64,000 bases of DNA, taken from contig NW_008246084.1 in NCBI RefSeq assembly GCF_000281045.1, forward strand, positions 405,769 through 469,768, given 5' to 3'. Source of the stretch: Saprolegnia diclina VS20. Lineage: Eukaryota. Below the pieces are notes generated by a model that was not told the DNA's origin, did not search any database, and worked only from the letters and a program-made list of their open reading frames with translations. A program made the translations under genes and the position numbers. Of the stretch, positions 44,643 to 55,635 are shown one piece after another (position 1 is the first letter of the stretch; the number at the start of each line of letters is the position of its first letter).

Positions 44643-45776
44643 CTAGAGGAGTACATCGTCCAACAATGAAAAGAAGATATCACGACCGTCAGGGGACCGT
44701 TTGCTGAGATTTAGGAAAGCCACTAATGCCGCTTGTGCTCGAGACCCTACCCCTGGCTCCAGTGGTTTCACCGTAACAGGATTGACGGTGTCAAGACCAT
44801 CCCAGATGCAAAAAATGCGATCAAGTTGTGTGTCCTTACTTGCTGCGTCGCAAGTATAGCGCACGGTCAGCTCCGTGGACGACCCGTGGATGGTTGCCAC
44901 CCAAGTTGGCAGCGAAATGCTGTGCTCGTCTCACAGTTGTAAGGTATGGTAGAACAAGTTGGCTGCACCTGTCGTCGACCGTGTTGATAAGTTTAGGTTT
45001 AAATCTTAGACCGAGCGCTTGTGCTTGCGAGACAGTCGACTTGTGAGCATGTCAAGTCGTCGGCCGATGCGCCTTCGTCACGGTGCAAGAGCAAGAAGTC
45101 AACAATGTCCTATGCCTCTTCAGAAATGGCAATCCATGCTAAGTGCTGAATCGCAAAGGTGAGGATCTCGAGCCGCCCACACTTGACCGCAATCGAAAGT
45201 TCGTTCTGCGTCCATGAGCTCGGGTGCGGGTTGAAGCGCAGGAGCAGCGGCATCGCGCGCGGGTCTTCGCTCTGGAAGAGGCGGCTGAACACAGTGTGCT
45301 GGTCACGGTTGGACGGAACATCCTGTACGAGTATGTTCACGCGTCGACGAAGCTCCGGCATCGCCGAGCGCTTCTCCAAGAGCCATTCGGCGAGATCGAC
45401 GTGGTTGCGACTCAAGGCCAAAAGGCTCGCGTCTTCCGAAGCGAGGTCCGGCCGGCACCGCAAGATGCGGTCGGTGAGAGACTGGAAGCCGTGGTAAGCT
45501 TAGATGGCCACGTGCAGCGGTAACCGGTCGTATTTTCTTTGCATGTGCAGTACGTAGTCGCTCGCGTACAAGACCGCGTCGTATTCGCCGAAGGATCACT
45601 CGGTGCCATGCGCGAACGCGTCGCGGAAGGTCCAGTCGCACGCGTCGTCGCCCAGATCACGAGGCGCTCGACGGCAAGAAGGCCTGCCGCACGTTCTCGT
45701 AGACGCCTCTCTGATATGCAAAGACGCGCGACGCCAGCGCCGTATCGGCTAGCACGCTCGTATGGAGCGCTGCCAT
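44643..45776 (-). pseudogene. Disabled ankyrin-like repeat gene of an oomycete-expanded family
   Basis: Starts MAALHTSVLADTALASRVFAYQRGVY, then frameshifts. RLPLHVAI*AYHG has an in-frame TAA (45500-45502) before ILRCRPDLASEDA. A second in-frame TAG (45110-45112) precedes DIVDFLLLHRDEG. The 3' limit is approximate. Confidence 0.7.
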
Positions 45777-46057
45777 GCGAGTGCAAAATGGCAACCGCGG
45801 TTTCGGATGCTCGACCGACACCGATGATGCTAGGGCTCGACAACTCCAGTCCGCAAGGCGCACAAAGGGCCAAGGCATCATGTTTCGTATTTCCTTGGAC
45901 AAGTACGACACGCCATTCGGTTCTTTGATATCTCTGTCGCCAGCTCGCACGATCTCCAGTTGACGGACGCCATGCGCATCGTCTCGACGATGTTTGCACC
46001 GAAATCGCAAGGTTCTATGGGCGGCTCGCCGCGTTGACGGGAGTCGTCGTCGGATCC

Positions 46058-46091
46058 ATCTATCCATATATCTATCCATTTATCTATCCAT
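46058..46091. repeat. Three ATCTATCCAT copies at 12-bp period upstream of the DUF924 gene
   Basis: Units at 46058, 46070 and 46082. Confidence 0.8.
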
Positions 46092-46156
46092 TTGGCGATC
46101 CGTTTGCGTCGCCTTTTGCTGACCACACAGAAGTGCAAATTCACCACCAGCTCAGG

Positions 46157-46801
46157 ATGGCAAGCCGCGTCAACAGCGCCCTCTGCGCCAAGGCCGATGC
46201 GATTCTAAAGTTCTGGTTTGGGGCGACGTACCCAACCACATTGGAGATCCGAAGCGCAGTCTGGTTTGCCAGAAACGCCGAGTTTGACGCGTCGGTCGCT
46301 GCGTCGTTCGGCGACCTCGTCCACGACCTTGGCACGACGAGCGCGTCGGCGCTGCTGCCGCTGCTGCACGCCAACCCGTTCTCTGTCAAGGTCGCCACCG
46401 TGCTCTGCCTCGACCAGTTCACGCGCAACCTCTACCGCGACGACAAGCGCGCGTTCGCCTCCGACGCGCTCGCGTCGACCTTTGTGCTCGAGACGCTCGC
46501 GCATAGCGAACCCGACTTTCTGTCGCGCCACGTCTTGGAGCAAGCGTTCTTCCTCATGCCGCTCATGCACAGCGAGGAGACGGCGGTCCATGCGCGCGCC
46601 GCCGAGCTCTTCCCGCCCCTCGCCACGCGCACCGACGACCCGCAGCTCAAGGGCATGCTCACGCAGTTTGCCAAGTACGAGGTCGACCACAAAAAGATCA
46701 TTGACGCCTACGGCCGGTACCCGCACCGCAACAAGGTGCTTGGCCGCGAGAGCACGCCCGCCGAGATCGAGTACCTCGCCGACCCGAACGCAGGCTTTTA
46801 G
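46157..46801 (+). CDS. DUF924 family protein
   Basis: ILKFWF...WF....FD...LDQFTRNLYR...AFASD..A...FFLMPLMHSE...H..II..YGRYPHRNKVLGRESTPAE. Confidence 0.9.
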   Translation: MASRVNSALCAKADAILKFWFGATYPTTLEIRSAVWFARNAEFDASVAASFGDLVHDLGTTSASALLPLLHANPFSVKVATVLCLDQFTRNLYRDDKRAFASDALASTFVLETLAHSEPDFLSRHVLEQAFFLMPLMHSEETAVHARAAELFPPLATRTDDPQLKGMLTQFAKYEVDHKKIIDAYGRYPHRNKVLGRESTPAEIEYLADPNAGF

Positions 46802-46934
46802 CGTAGCGTCCTTACTGCTTCATGCGCTCCTACCGCTGAGCCCATGCTGCTGCAACACGAAACATCATGTCATACAAGTGCACGGGAAGATGTATGTATA
46901 TGGAGAGCAGGATAGGCAGGCGACGGCCGTGTAT

Positions 46935-49550
46935 CTACAAGGACGAGTTGCCGCGCGCCTTGTTGCGGCCCTTCACGACGCTTGCCAGCGACCGCCGGTC
47001 GAGCCGCTTGGTTTTCTGGATCGATGCACCGAGCGGCCCGGTCGCCGGTTGGTGGTACTCGCCGATAAAGTGGCGATGGCCGCTCTCTTCGCCGCCTTCG
47101 AGCAGCGACTAGGCAAGTGTCAGAACGCATCACGTACTCAAAGCAGATAGTACCCAGTCTTGGTGCAAGGACGACATGGCGTTGAGCGAATAGAGCGCGA
47201 TCGCGAGCTGGCCCCACTGTACAAAGAGCTCCGACCCGAGAAAGACCGCAGAGAGACACTAGTAGGAGCATGCGCATCTCGTGTCGTTGGCGTCGGAGCG
47301 TACCTGCACGGAGAGCGAGAGGAAGAAGACGGGGCTGCACATGTTGCCCGTCTTGAGCGCCGAGAGGATGAACGAGATGAGGAGCAATTCGGCGCCGTTG
47401 AGGTCGAGGAGGAAGCTGTGGTGCGAGACGCCTTCGACGAGGAAGACGAGCGGCAAGAGAATCCGGAACGTTGCGACCATGGCCGTCGAGCCCTGCGTGC
47501 AGAAGAGCTGCACGAGGAACGCATACCAGAGGCAGACCGGCGCCCACGGCGGCGCCCACGGAATCACGTACTGGACGAGGAGCGGGAAGAGGTACAGGAA
47601 CGCAAAGCACGAGCCAATGTTGCGGTTCACGAGCAGACCGCGCAGCGCGAGCCGGTGGAACGACAGCGCGTACGACGCCAGATGGAGACCCAGAAGCATG
47701 CACACGCTGAGCGCCACGGACGCGATCGCTTGCACATGCAGCACGAGCGCTGCGAGCCAGCGAAGGTACGTTACACAGAGGCCCTGGAGGTACACTTTGA
47801 CCGACGGTGAGTGCGCATAGTCGGCCAAGTCGTCTGGTGGCGCGACGACGCCCGGCTCGTCGACGTCTCGCTTTTTCGCTTGCTGTAGCTTGCGCTCCTT
47901 GCGCGACTGCTCTTTGCGTAGCTTCTCGGCCCGCTTGGCGTGCTCCTTGGCGCGGGCTTTGGCCGGCTTGGACTCTTCCTCCGACTCGGGCGTTGGCTTG
48001 GTCGCGTGCATGTCGTCGGAGACGGTGCGCGCGCGGGTGTCGAGGTCGTCGTCGGTCGTCGGCACTTGGCTCTCGTCTTCGCAGCTTTCTTCGTTGCTCT
48101 CGTCAGCAGGAACGACCGCTTCGTCCGGCGTCGCCGTCTCGCTCACCACATCGTCGTCCTCGTCGACTTGAGGTTCGACGACCTTGACCGGCGTCGCGAC
48201 CTTGGGCGTGGTCGCGCGCACAGGCGTCGACGGTGCACGCTTTGGGGTGCTCGGCGCCGGGGCAGTCGCTCGAACCGGCGTCTGGGGCGCCGGCTTCTTT
48301 TCCTGTCGGGCCTGAGGGCTCATGACAACGGTGTCCCGCGTCGATGGTTTGGCCCGTGGCGGCGTTGATGGCACCACCACCAATGGCTTGGCGTCCTTGC
48401 CCACCCTTTCGCGCTGCGTGGCACGGCGCGTTGTGCTAATCGGCGCGGGCTCGGGGGCCGCGATCGTCGGGCGCGGTTGGGTCGTGACGCGCGGTGGCTG
48501 ACGCGTCACTGGACGCTCAGGCTTGGTCGCCTTGGGAGCGACGCTCGTTGTCGGGGCTTCTTGGACTGGAGCCTTGCGAAGCGGCGAGCGCTGTTGCTTG
48601 GCACGTGGCGTCGAGGCGGCGGGCAGCGCCGGCGGGCGGCTAGGATGCTGCGGCGGCGGCGAGCTTGATTCCTTGGAGGAGCCGGACGACGCTGACGATG
48701 GCGAGTCGACGGTCGCGCGCAGCGACGGCGGCACAATGTCTTTGGTCGGCGGCTTGCGATCTGTCGTGCGAGCGAGAGGCTTCTTGACAGGAGTCTCGAG
48801 GGGTTCATCACTGGCGCGACCTTCGGGACGGACGCGGCGAGGCCCAAACAGCTGCGGAGACGCCGCTACGTTCTTGGGATCCACCGTTGCGACCGAGTGT
48901 GAGACGACGACCGACGTGGTGTTGAGCTCGGCCAGGTCCGAGTTGGACGTGTTGCTGTCGCTGCGGTACATGGCCACATGCGGCGTCGAGTGCAGCGGCG
49001 ATGGCACGGCGGTCGGGCTCCGCATGTGCGACATGAAACCGCCGAAAGGCTGCGTGTCGGATCGGTGTCGCTCAAGGGTCGGCGCCCCTTGGGCCGGGCC
49101 GGCAAGTCCTGGTGGCGCACGGAGGGGCGCAGGATTGGCCACGGGCGAGGCGATCATGCTAGGCGCATGACTCAAATACGATGGACCGGTCGGGCGACCA
49201 AACGACGGCGATTGCGTCGACGCCGAGCCAATGACACCGATCGAGCCCATGCCAATGGGCCCACTACCGCCGTAGCCAAAGCCGCTGAACGGGATACCGC
49301 GCTCGCGGTTCTGTACAGGCATGGCCTCGCCGCCAAGGCCCGATAGAAGCGAGTTGGACGGCTCGGGCATGCGGTAGCCAGCGTGCAGGTTTTGCGGCCG
49401 CATGGGCTGGATGTTGCCAAAGGTCGCGGCCGGACGCGCGCGGAACGAGTGCGCAGGCGTCTTGTCGACGACGCGACGCGGAGGCCCGTCGTCGGCGATC
49501 CCACCGGGGAGGAAATAGGCCGCCCCGGTCTCGTCGTCCGAGTCGTCCAT
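46935..49550 (-). CDS. Uncharacterised protein: long disordered N-terminus, C-terminal multi-pass membrane domain, multi-exon
   Basis: 763-aa first exon ending in hydrophobic segments (FAFLYLFPLLVQYVIPWAPPWAPVCLWYAFLVQLFC...). Two 3' introns lead to TAG 46935-46937. Confidence 0.75.
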
Positions 49551-50425
49551 GGCGGAGGCGGCGCCGTCGAGAGGATTTTTCGGAATTCATCCTGGCCCCA
49601 TGACCACAGCCCGAAACGTACGGTACGGCTTCGTACATTAGCAATGTACGGTCCCATACAAATCACGCATCAACCGCGCCTGTACGGTCTGCGACAGCGA
49701 CCCGGCCGTCGAGTCGACTGGCCCCAAGCGTCGTCCTGCGCTCGCACGTCATGCGTGGCCACCTCGAGCCCATGCACGATGCCCACCATGGCGGCCCACC
49801 GCTGGCGACAGCTGGGCAAAGCGGACTCTGGAGCGACGATTGCGCAAGGCAGTGGGCCTGCCAACGCATAACTCATCCCGCACAGGTGCATGTAGCCGTC
49901 GCTCGCAGCTGCGCCCACCAGCGTCGCATACGACACTGCGCACGGCCTCTTCTTCGCAGCTACCGGCGGCCATGGACATCGCTCGTCGGCCGTGGCACGT
50001 GGCACGCCTGCCCAAGATCGTAGCGGGTTCGGGTGCAACCTCGGGCGGCTTGGGACCGCGCCGGATACTGGGTTCTGTGTCCGGCCTTGCATTATTTTAA
50101 AACGCTCGTGCCGGCTCCATACAAACCTACAGTAATTACATTTCGAATTCGCTTTTACAAAACCGGTTACAATCGCGAACCGGCGGTTATCCGTTTGCAA
50201 ACCATCGCACCAGAAACGACTGGATCTTTTTTATTGCACTGGCGTCTTTTGTATTTGCATTATATTAATATTGCATTTTGCGCGCTTTTAACGGTTTGTG
50301 TGTAAATTCATTAAAGAAAAGCAAATAAAAATTAACGGTTAGGAAAAGAATGAGCCACTGCGCGCCGCACACGTCAGCAGAGATTCGCTTGCGGCGACTT
50401 TGCATTTTCGAGGACCGCTGGAAGC

Positions 50426-51130
50426 ATGAACATCATCCGCATGCTCGGAGACATCACGCATGTGGCCAGCTTCGTGGTCATGCTGCTGCGCCTGCAGGCC
50501 GGGCGGTCGGCCTCGGGCATCTCGCTCAAGTCGCAGGAGCTCTTCTTCCTCGTGTGCGTCACGCGGTACCTCGACCTCTTTACGCACTATGTGAGCCTGT
50601 ACAACACGACCATGAAGCTGCTCTACCTCACGCTCACGGGCGCGATCGTGTACCTCATCCGCTACAAGGAGCCGTTCAAGTCGTCGTACGACAAGTCGCT
50701 CGACTCGTTCTTGCACTGGAAATTCGCAGTCTTGCCCTGCGCGATCCTCGCCATCATCTTCAACGAGCGCTTCGAAGTGCTCGAGATTCTCTGGACGTTC
50801 TCCATCTACCTCGAGGCCGTCGCGATCGTGCCGCAGCTCATCTTGCTCCAGCGCCACGGCGAAGTCGAAAACTTGACCTCCAACTACGTCGTGCTCCTCG
50901 GCATGTACCGCGGCTTCTACCTCCTCAACTGGATCTACCGCGCCGCGACCGAGTCCCAGTACCACACGATCTGGCTCATGTTTATTGCTGGCATTGTGCA
51001 AACGGGCCTCTACGTCGACTTTTTCTACTACTACGCCATCAGGTATCGACCCATGTGCGAGGATCGAGCCATGCTCACGATATGTCTCTGTAGCAAGTAC
51101 CATGGCAAGAAGATGTCGCTCCCGACCTAA
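50426..51130 (+). CDS. ERD2: ER lumen protein-retaining (KDEL/HDEL) receptor
   Basis: MNIIRMLGDITH...GISLKSQELF..V.VTRYLDLF...LWTFSIYLEAVAIVPQL..LQR...ENLT..YV..LG.YR.FYLLNWIYR...GIVQT.LY.DFFYYY...LP. In-frame 51-nt intron 51043-51093. Confidence 0.96.
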   Translation: MNIIRMLGDITHVASFVVMLLRLQAGRSASGISLKSQELFFLVCVTRYLDLFTHYVSLYNTTMKLLYLTLTGAIVYLIRYKEPFKSSYDKSLDSFLHWKFAVLPCAILAIIFNERFEVLEILWTFSIYLEAVAIVPQLILLQRHGEVENLTSNYVVLLGMYRGFYLLNWIYRAATESQYHTIWLMFIAGIVQTGLYVDFFYYYAIRYRPMCEDRAMLTICLCSKYHGKKMSLPT

Positions 51131-51645
51131 GCACTAGACGCGCTACCGACTTTGGAAGCATGCCGGCGAGAGACGACCGACTCGTCCATCCGTGGGCTAT
51201 TGATGCATTCGCTTCAACAGGATTCCTTTGGTCATTCTTTATATGCTTACGATGTGCCGCCGTCATGGGCATCGACTGTCTTCTCGATCAGCGACTGAAC
51301 AGCAGTGAGTGAGAGCAACAGAGCTCGACCGGCAGTGAGGTAGGGAGGTCACTGCGGTGTCAAACAGCAGGAGTGCGCTCGAAGCAACCGCAGGACCCGC
51401 AAGCTCTGTCATAGTGACGCTATGACGTCATGACCAGCCTCGGTTTGGCGGCTCCAGACACTGCAGAGTGGGGATGCAGACAGAGCTCCCAGGAACCCAA
51501 AATGCCTGCCAGATCGTGCGTCTCTCCTGTACATGCTAAGAACATAGTTGGCTTGTACATTCCACCACCGAATCTAGTAACTGAACGAGGTCGACACCAC
51601 AGAAGCCGTCATATTGTTGTCATCACGAGTGTCACCGTCACTCGC

Positions 51646-53100
51646 TCAGACGTCAAAGAGGTCAAAGTTGACGTGCTTGCGGACGTGGGCCGACGCGAGG
51701 TTGAGTCGCTTGAGGTCGTACCGGTTGAGCTTGGCCGTGAAGCCCGCGATGCGCGCCGTGAGCGTGTAGCTGTCGCACGTCGTCGGGGGCACGTAAATGC
51801 ACGGGATATTGCCTTGCTCGAGGCGCGCAACCAGCTACCCATCGTCATACATCGAATACGATATACGAAAGAAGGGCCTACGCTCGGGCTCGGCGGATCC
51901 CACCCCGTCATGATGAGGCCCGGGTGGAGGTTCTCGCCCCGCTCGCGAAACTCTTCTTGGTTGTGCAGCATCGCATCAATCACGTCCATACGGCCGCTGT
52001 GCTATGGGGCCAAGCCAATGCACACGATTTGCAACTAGGAAAAAGGGATACCGTAATGACGAGCTGGCTCTGCACAGGCTTGAAGACGTTGCGCTCGTCG
52101 ACCGGCGCCAACGCGAGACGGACGTTGGCGAAGTAGCGCAGCTTGGCCTCCTTGCCTGCACGACTGCATCAAGCCATGCATCCGCAGTCGACGTACCGGA
52201 GACGAGATCGCACTTGAGAAGCTTGCTAAAGTCCGAGATCGACGGGTGGCAAAGGTCATCGAGCTAAGGGATGATACAGCGTCAGCCACGCAGCGAACGC
52301 ACTCAAGGGTACTTGGGGAATGCAGCCGATGAGAGGCACGTCCCAGCGCTTCAGTGCCCGCGAAAAGTAGTCCTAAGCAAGGGGAGCTGTTTGGCGCAGG
52401 AAGGCAGGTCATCGTACCTGGACCATGTCCATTTTCTGCGGGTCGACCTTGTTGACGATGACGCCCTACACGAGGTCCTCAACTGCATGATCCTTGGCGA
52501 TTATGTACCTTGAGCTTGATCCCGTGTTTGATGAGCATCTCGCGGTTGAGCGCGAGCTGGTCAAACGACGAGCCGAGGCCGCCGAGGGCGATGCAGATCG
52601 CGTCCATCTCGAGCTCCTCTGCACCGCATGTTCATGCATCGATGCTACGTGAAGGCAACCATACCTGCGACTTGGGCGTTGTTGAGGTCACAAATCGAGC
52701 CGACGCCCGTGTGGCCCGTGCCCTCAAAGACGATAAAGTCGCTGCTCTTGACGAGGTTGGTGTGGGCCGACGTGATGGCGCCCTTGAGTTCGCGCAGCGT
52801 GACCTTGCCGTCGATGTAGTCGCGCGTGAAGCCGTCGGGGAAGATGACGGGCGACATGTCCTTGTAGTCGTGGATCAGGCCAAAGTGTTCCTTGAACAAG
52901 AACGAGTCCTTGTCGACGCGGAGGCCGCCGCCGACGGGCACGTGCTGCTGACCGACGGGCTTGCAGTAGGCGACGTGGCGGCCGCTGCCGGCGAACTTGT
53001 CCTGGAGGTGGGCCACGAGCCCGAGACACGTCGTCGTCTTCCCGACGTGCTGCCCCGTCGAGAGCACGAGGACTTGCTTCCGTATCATGTTGGCTGCCAT
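51646..53100 (-). CDS. Stand-alone BioD-like P-loop (AAA_26) + DRTGG protein, homologous to the N-terminal part of long phosphate acetyltransferases, multi-exon
   Basis: STGQHVGKTTTCLGL, YCKPVGQ, VDKD..LFKEHF, MSPV..P.GFTRDYIDG, FEGTGHTGVGSICDLNNAQVA, GGLGSSFDQLALN, GVIVNKV, LVIT...RMDVI, FTAKLN. Ends ...VNFDLFDV* (TGA 51646-51648) with no PTA catalytic domain. Confidence 0.85.
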
Positions 53101-53641
53101 CGCAGGATTCGACTTTTTTCACGCCGCCCCGTGGATTGGCCGAAATCTTTCTTTTTGGCCAATCACGTAGCAGTGAGCATTGTTGCGTCGACTGCACAGC
53201 GTCTGCACGTTAGCCCCCAGCAAGGAATACTAGTAGTAGCTATCGAGTTCTCCAGATTTATAGTTATACAAACGGACCTATCAACCCGAGACTCTACAAG
53301 ACTCGCGGATGTTTGTTATGTCGAGAGCCACCGCATTTGACACGCATCAAATACCCCAGAGTCCCGACTTCGGACTAAGTTGTCAAGTCTTATAGCTTGT
53401 TAGCACATCGCCGCCTCCTTCCTCTTCGCAAGAGCTTCGAGAGTTGTTGCTGCCAGCTGGCCCGTCCTACTTGTATGTGGCGTCCCATTCGATTACACCA
53501 TCGCACCGATACCCCGCGTTGGCACCGAGGAGCCACCAAGCTCGATGGTGGTTGCTTGCGAGCCATGTCGACTGCAAGAGCCCGCGCGACGAGGTTGAGA
53601 ATGTGCATAGCGCTCTGTACAGATGCTCGATTTCATTCTTC

Positions 53642-54985
53642 TTAGTCTTCGTAGAGCTTTTTGATTCGCTTGTACTCCTTTGTATATTGGCTCTCGACGA
53701 GCGACGCGTCGCGGAACGTCGGCCACTCGGGGAATTCGGCGAGGAGCACGTTCGGGTTGTAGCTCAGCAGAAGGCGGATCCCTTGGCTAATGTCGTTGAG
53801 CGTACGCGCGAGGTCGATGTGGTCCTTGTCCAAAAACATCTTTTGCAGCTCGTGGAGCTCGTAGGACGACCGGAGAAAGAGGATCGCAATGTCTTCGATC
53901 GATGACGTTGTTTTGCGCTTGAGGAGCGAGTCGCACGTGTCGGCCACGAGCTTGTGGATGCGCATGAGCACAATGTGGTCGTGCGCGACGAGCTCCAAGG
54001 CGTCCGAGAGCGTCTCGAGCGCCGCGTGCAGCACCGTGCCGGCGTTCACGGACGGGTTGTCGGCAAAGAGGTCTTCGAGCGTCGCCGCCGCCTTCTCCAC
54101 GTCCTCCAGCGACGTCTCGGCCGTATCGGCGGTCGGCGGCGCGGCCGAGAAGGCGTCGCCGCGCCCGCAGAGTGCGCACTGGCACCCAAAGCCAAACTGC
54201 TTTTGGAGCTGCGCCTGCCGCCGACCGCGGCTTTGCTCGCGTGGGTAAATGTACGAGATCATGAGCTGGTCGCCTTTGGGAATGAAGCGCGCGGCGCGGA
54301 CTTCCGAGACGCCGAGCGACGTGAGGGGCGTAAACTTGACGCAGTTCGGGTTGCAGTCATGGTTGAACATGGCTGTGTGGAGGAAGACGCCGCTCGTGAA
54401 CGCATTGCACTGCATGCCAAGGATCACTTGAAGCCACTTGTCAAACTCACCGCTGCGCTTGTGGTTGCTCAGCACGGACTGGAGCGGGTTCGTGTACTGG
54501 GCGTGGGCCGCGCTCAAGAGCGGCGACGGCAAGTCGGTCAAGCGCACGGGGTGCAATGGCGCCATGTTGGCAGCAATCTCGTCGGCGTCGTCGCAGCGCA
54601 GAATCTGGTCGACGGTCGCCACAAGCAACGCGTCGCGGTCGTCGACGTCGGGCCACTGCACGTACGCGCGTTCGCGCAGCAAGAGCGTGCCCGCAGGAAT
54701 GTCGCACGCCGCATAGTAGCCGCGGCCACCGCCAAACTCGACCGAGTTGTCGCGAAACTCCATCGGGCCCATAAAGTCGGGTGCCATATGCGCCCAGAGC
54801 GACGGCGTGTACTGCGACGGCGTCACGACCATCGGCGCCGCCGTCGCCGGGTCGGGTGTGAACTGCAGGTGGACCTCCGTGCTCGTCGTGGTCGTTGCCT
54901 CGTGCTCGCCGTACTCGTCGTCGCTGCTGTCGTCGTCAAAGAGCCCAAAGGCCTTTTGCACGCTGTCGCTACTCGGCGCCGCCAT
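53642..54985 (-). CDS. SMYD-like SET-domain lysine methyltransferase
   Basis: GGGRGYYAACDIPAGTLLLRE, CNAF, AMFNHDCNPNC, VRAARFIPKGDQLMISY, post-SET FGCQCALC and a helical C-terminal region. Confidence 0.9.
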   Translation of the reverse strand: MAAPSSDSVQKAFGLFDDDSSDDEYGEHEATTTTSTEVHLQFTPDPATAAPMVVTPSQYTPSLWAHMAPDFMGPMEFRDNSVEFGGGRGYYAACDIPAGTLLLRERAYVQWPDVDDRDALLVATVDQILRCDDADEIAANMAPLHPVRLTDLPSPLLSAAHAQYTNPLQSVLSNHKRSGEFDKWLQVILGMQCNAFTSGVFLHTAMFNHDCNPNCVKFTPLTSLGVSEVRAARFIPKGDQLMISYIYPREQSRGRRQAQLQKQFGFGCQCALCGRGDAFSAAPPTADTAETSLEDVEKAAATLEDLFADNPSVNAGTVLHAALETLSDALELVAHDHIVLMRIHKLVADTCDSLLKRKTTSSIEDIAILFLRSSYELHELQKMFLDKDHIDLARTLNDISQGIRLLLSYNPNVLLAEFPEWPTFRDASLVESQYTKEYKRIKKLYED

Positions 54986-55635
54986 CGCCGCCAAGCCCAA
55001 AAATGAAATCGGTGGATATCTCGGACATCCGGATAATACACGGTGTATCCGAATTCTAGTCACGGAAGATCGCAACTTTGACTTCACCCTGCGCAAGCAT
55101 TTCCACTGAACAACCGACTACACACGCTACGCAGAAACACCGCGAGATATTGCCTGCACCGACCTAATGTCCCAGTGAACCCACATGGATCAACCGCACG
55201 CCAAGAGCGATACGAGGATCCAGCCAGCACACGGCTTTGCACAAACCAGAAGCTCTCCGTTTGCTTGCTATTTGTCATTGGCGTGCCTTTGCATTTGGTT
55301 GCCAAGTGGGACGATCGCACGCTCTTCGTGTAACCAGAATTCCAAAGCGAGCTCCACAGTCCGAGAGCTCGTCGCCAAGGCACCAACGTGCGGGTGACGG
55401 CGGCCGTGGAAGTACTGAGCGCCGAGCGACGACCGTGAGAAAGAGCCAGAGACAAACCGCCTCAACATTATAAAGCGACGTCAAAGCCACAAGTAACTAG
55501 AGGTACAAAAGCCCACCGCCTGTGCAGGCACGGCCCGGCTAGCGAGTCTGGAGACACTGGAGACTGCGACAGCATGGTCATTGCAGCACAAAGACGACTC
55601 CAAACAGATACGAGTAGCAAGTGAGTACTTGGAGC

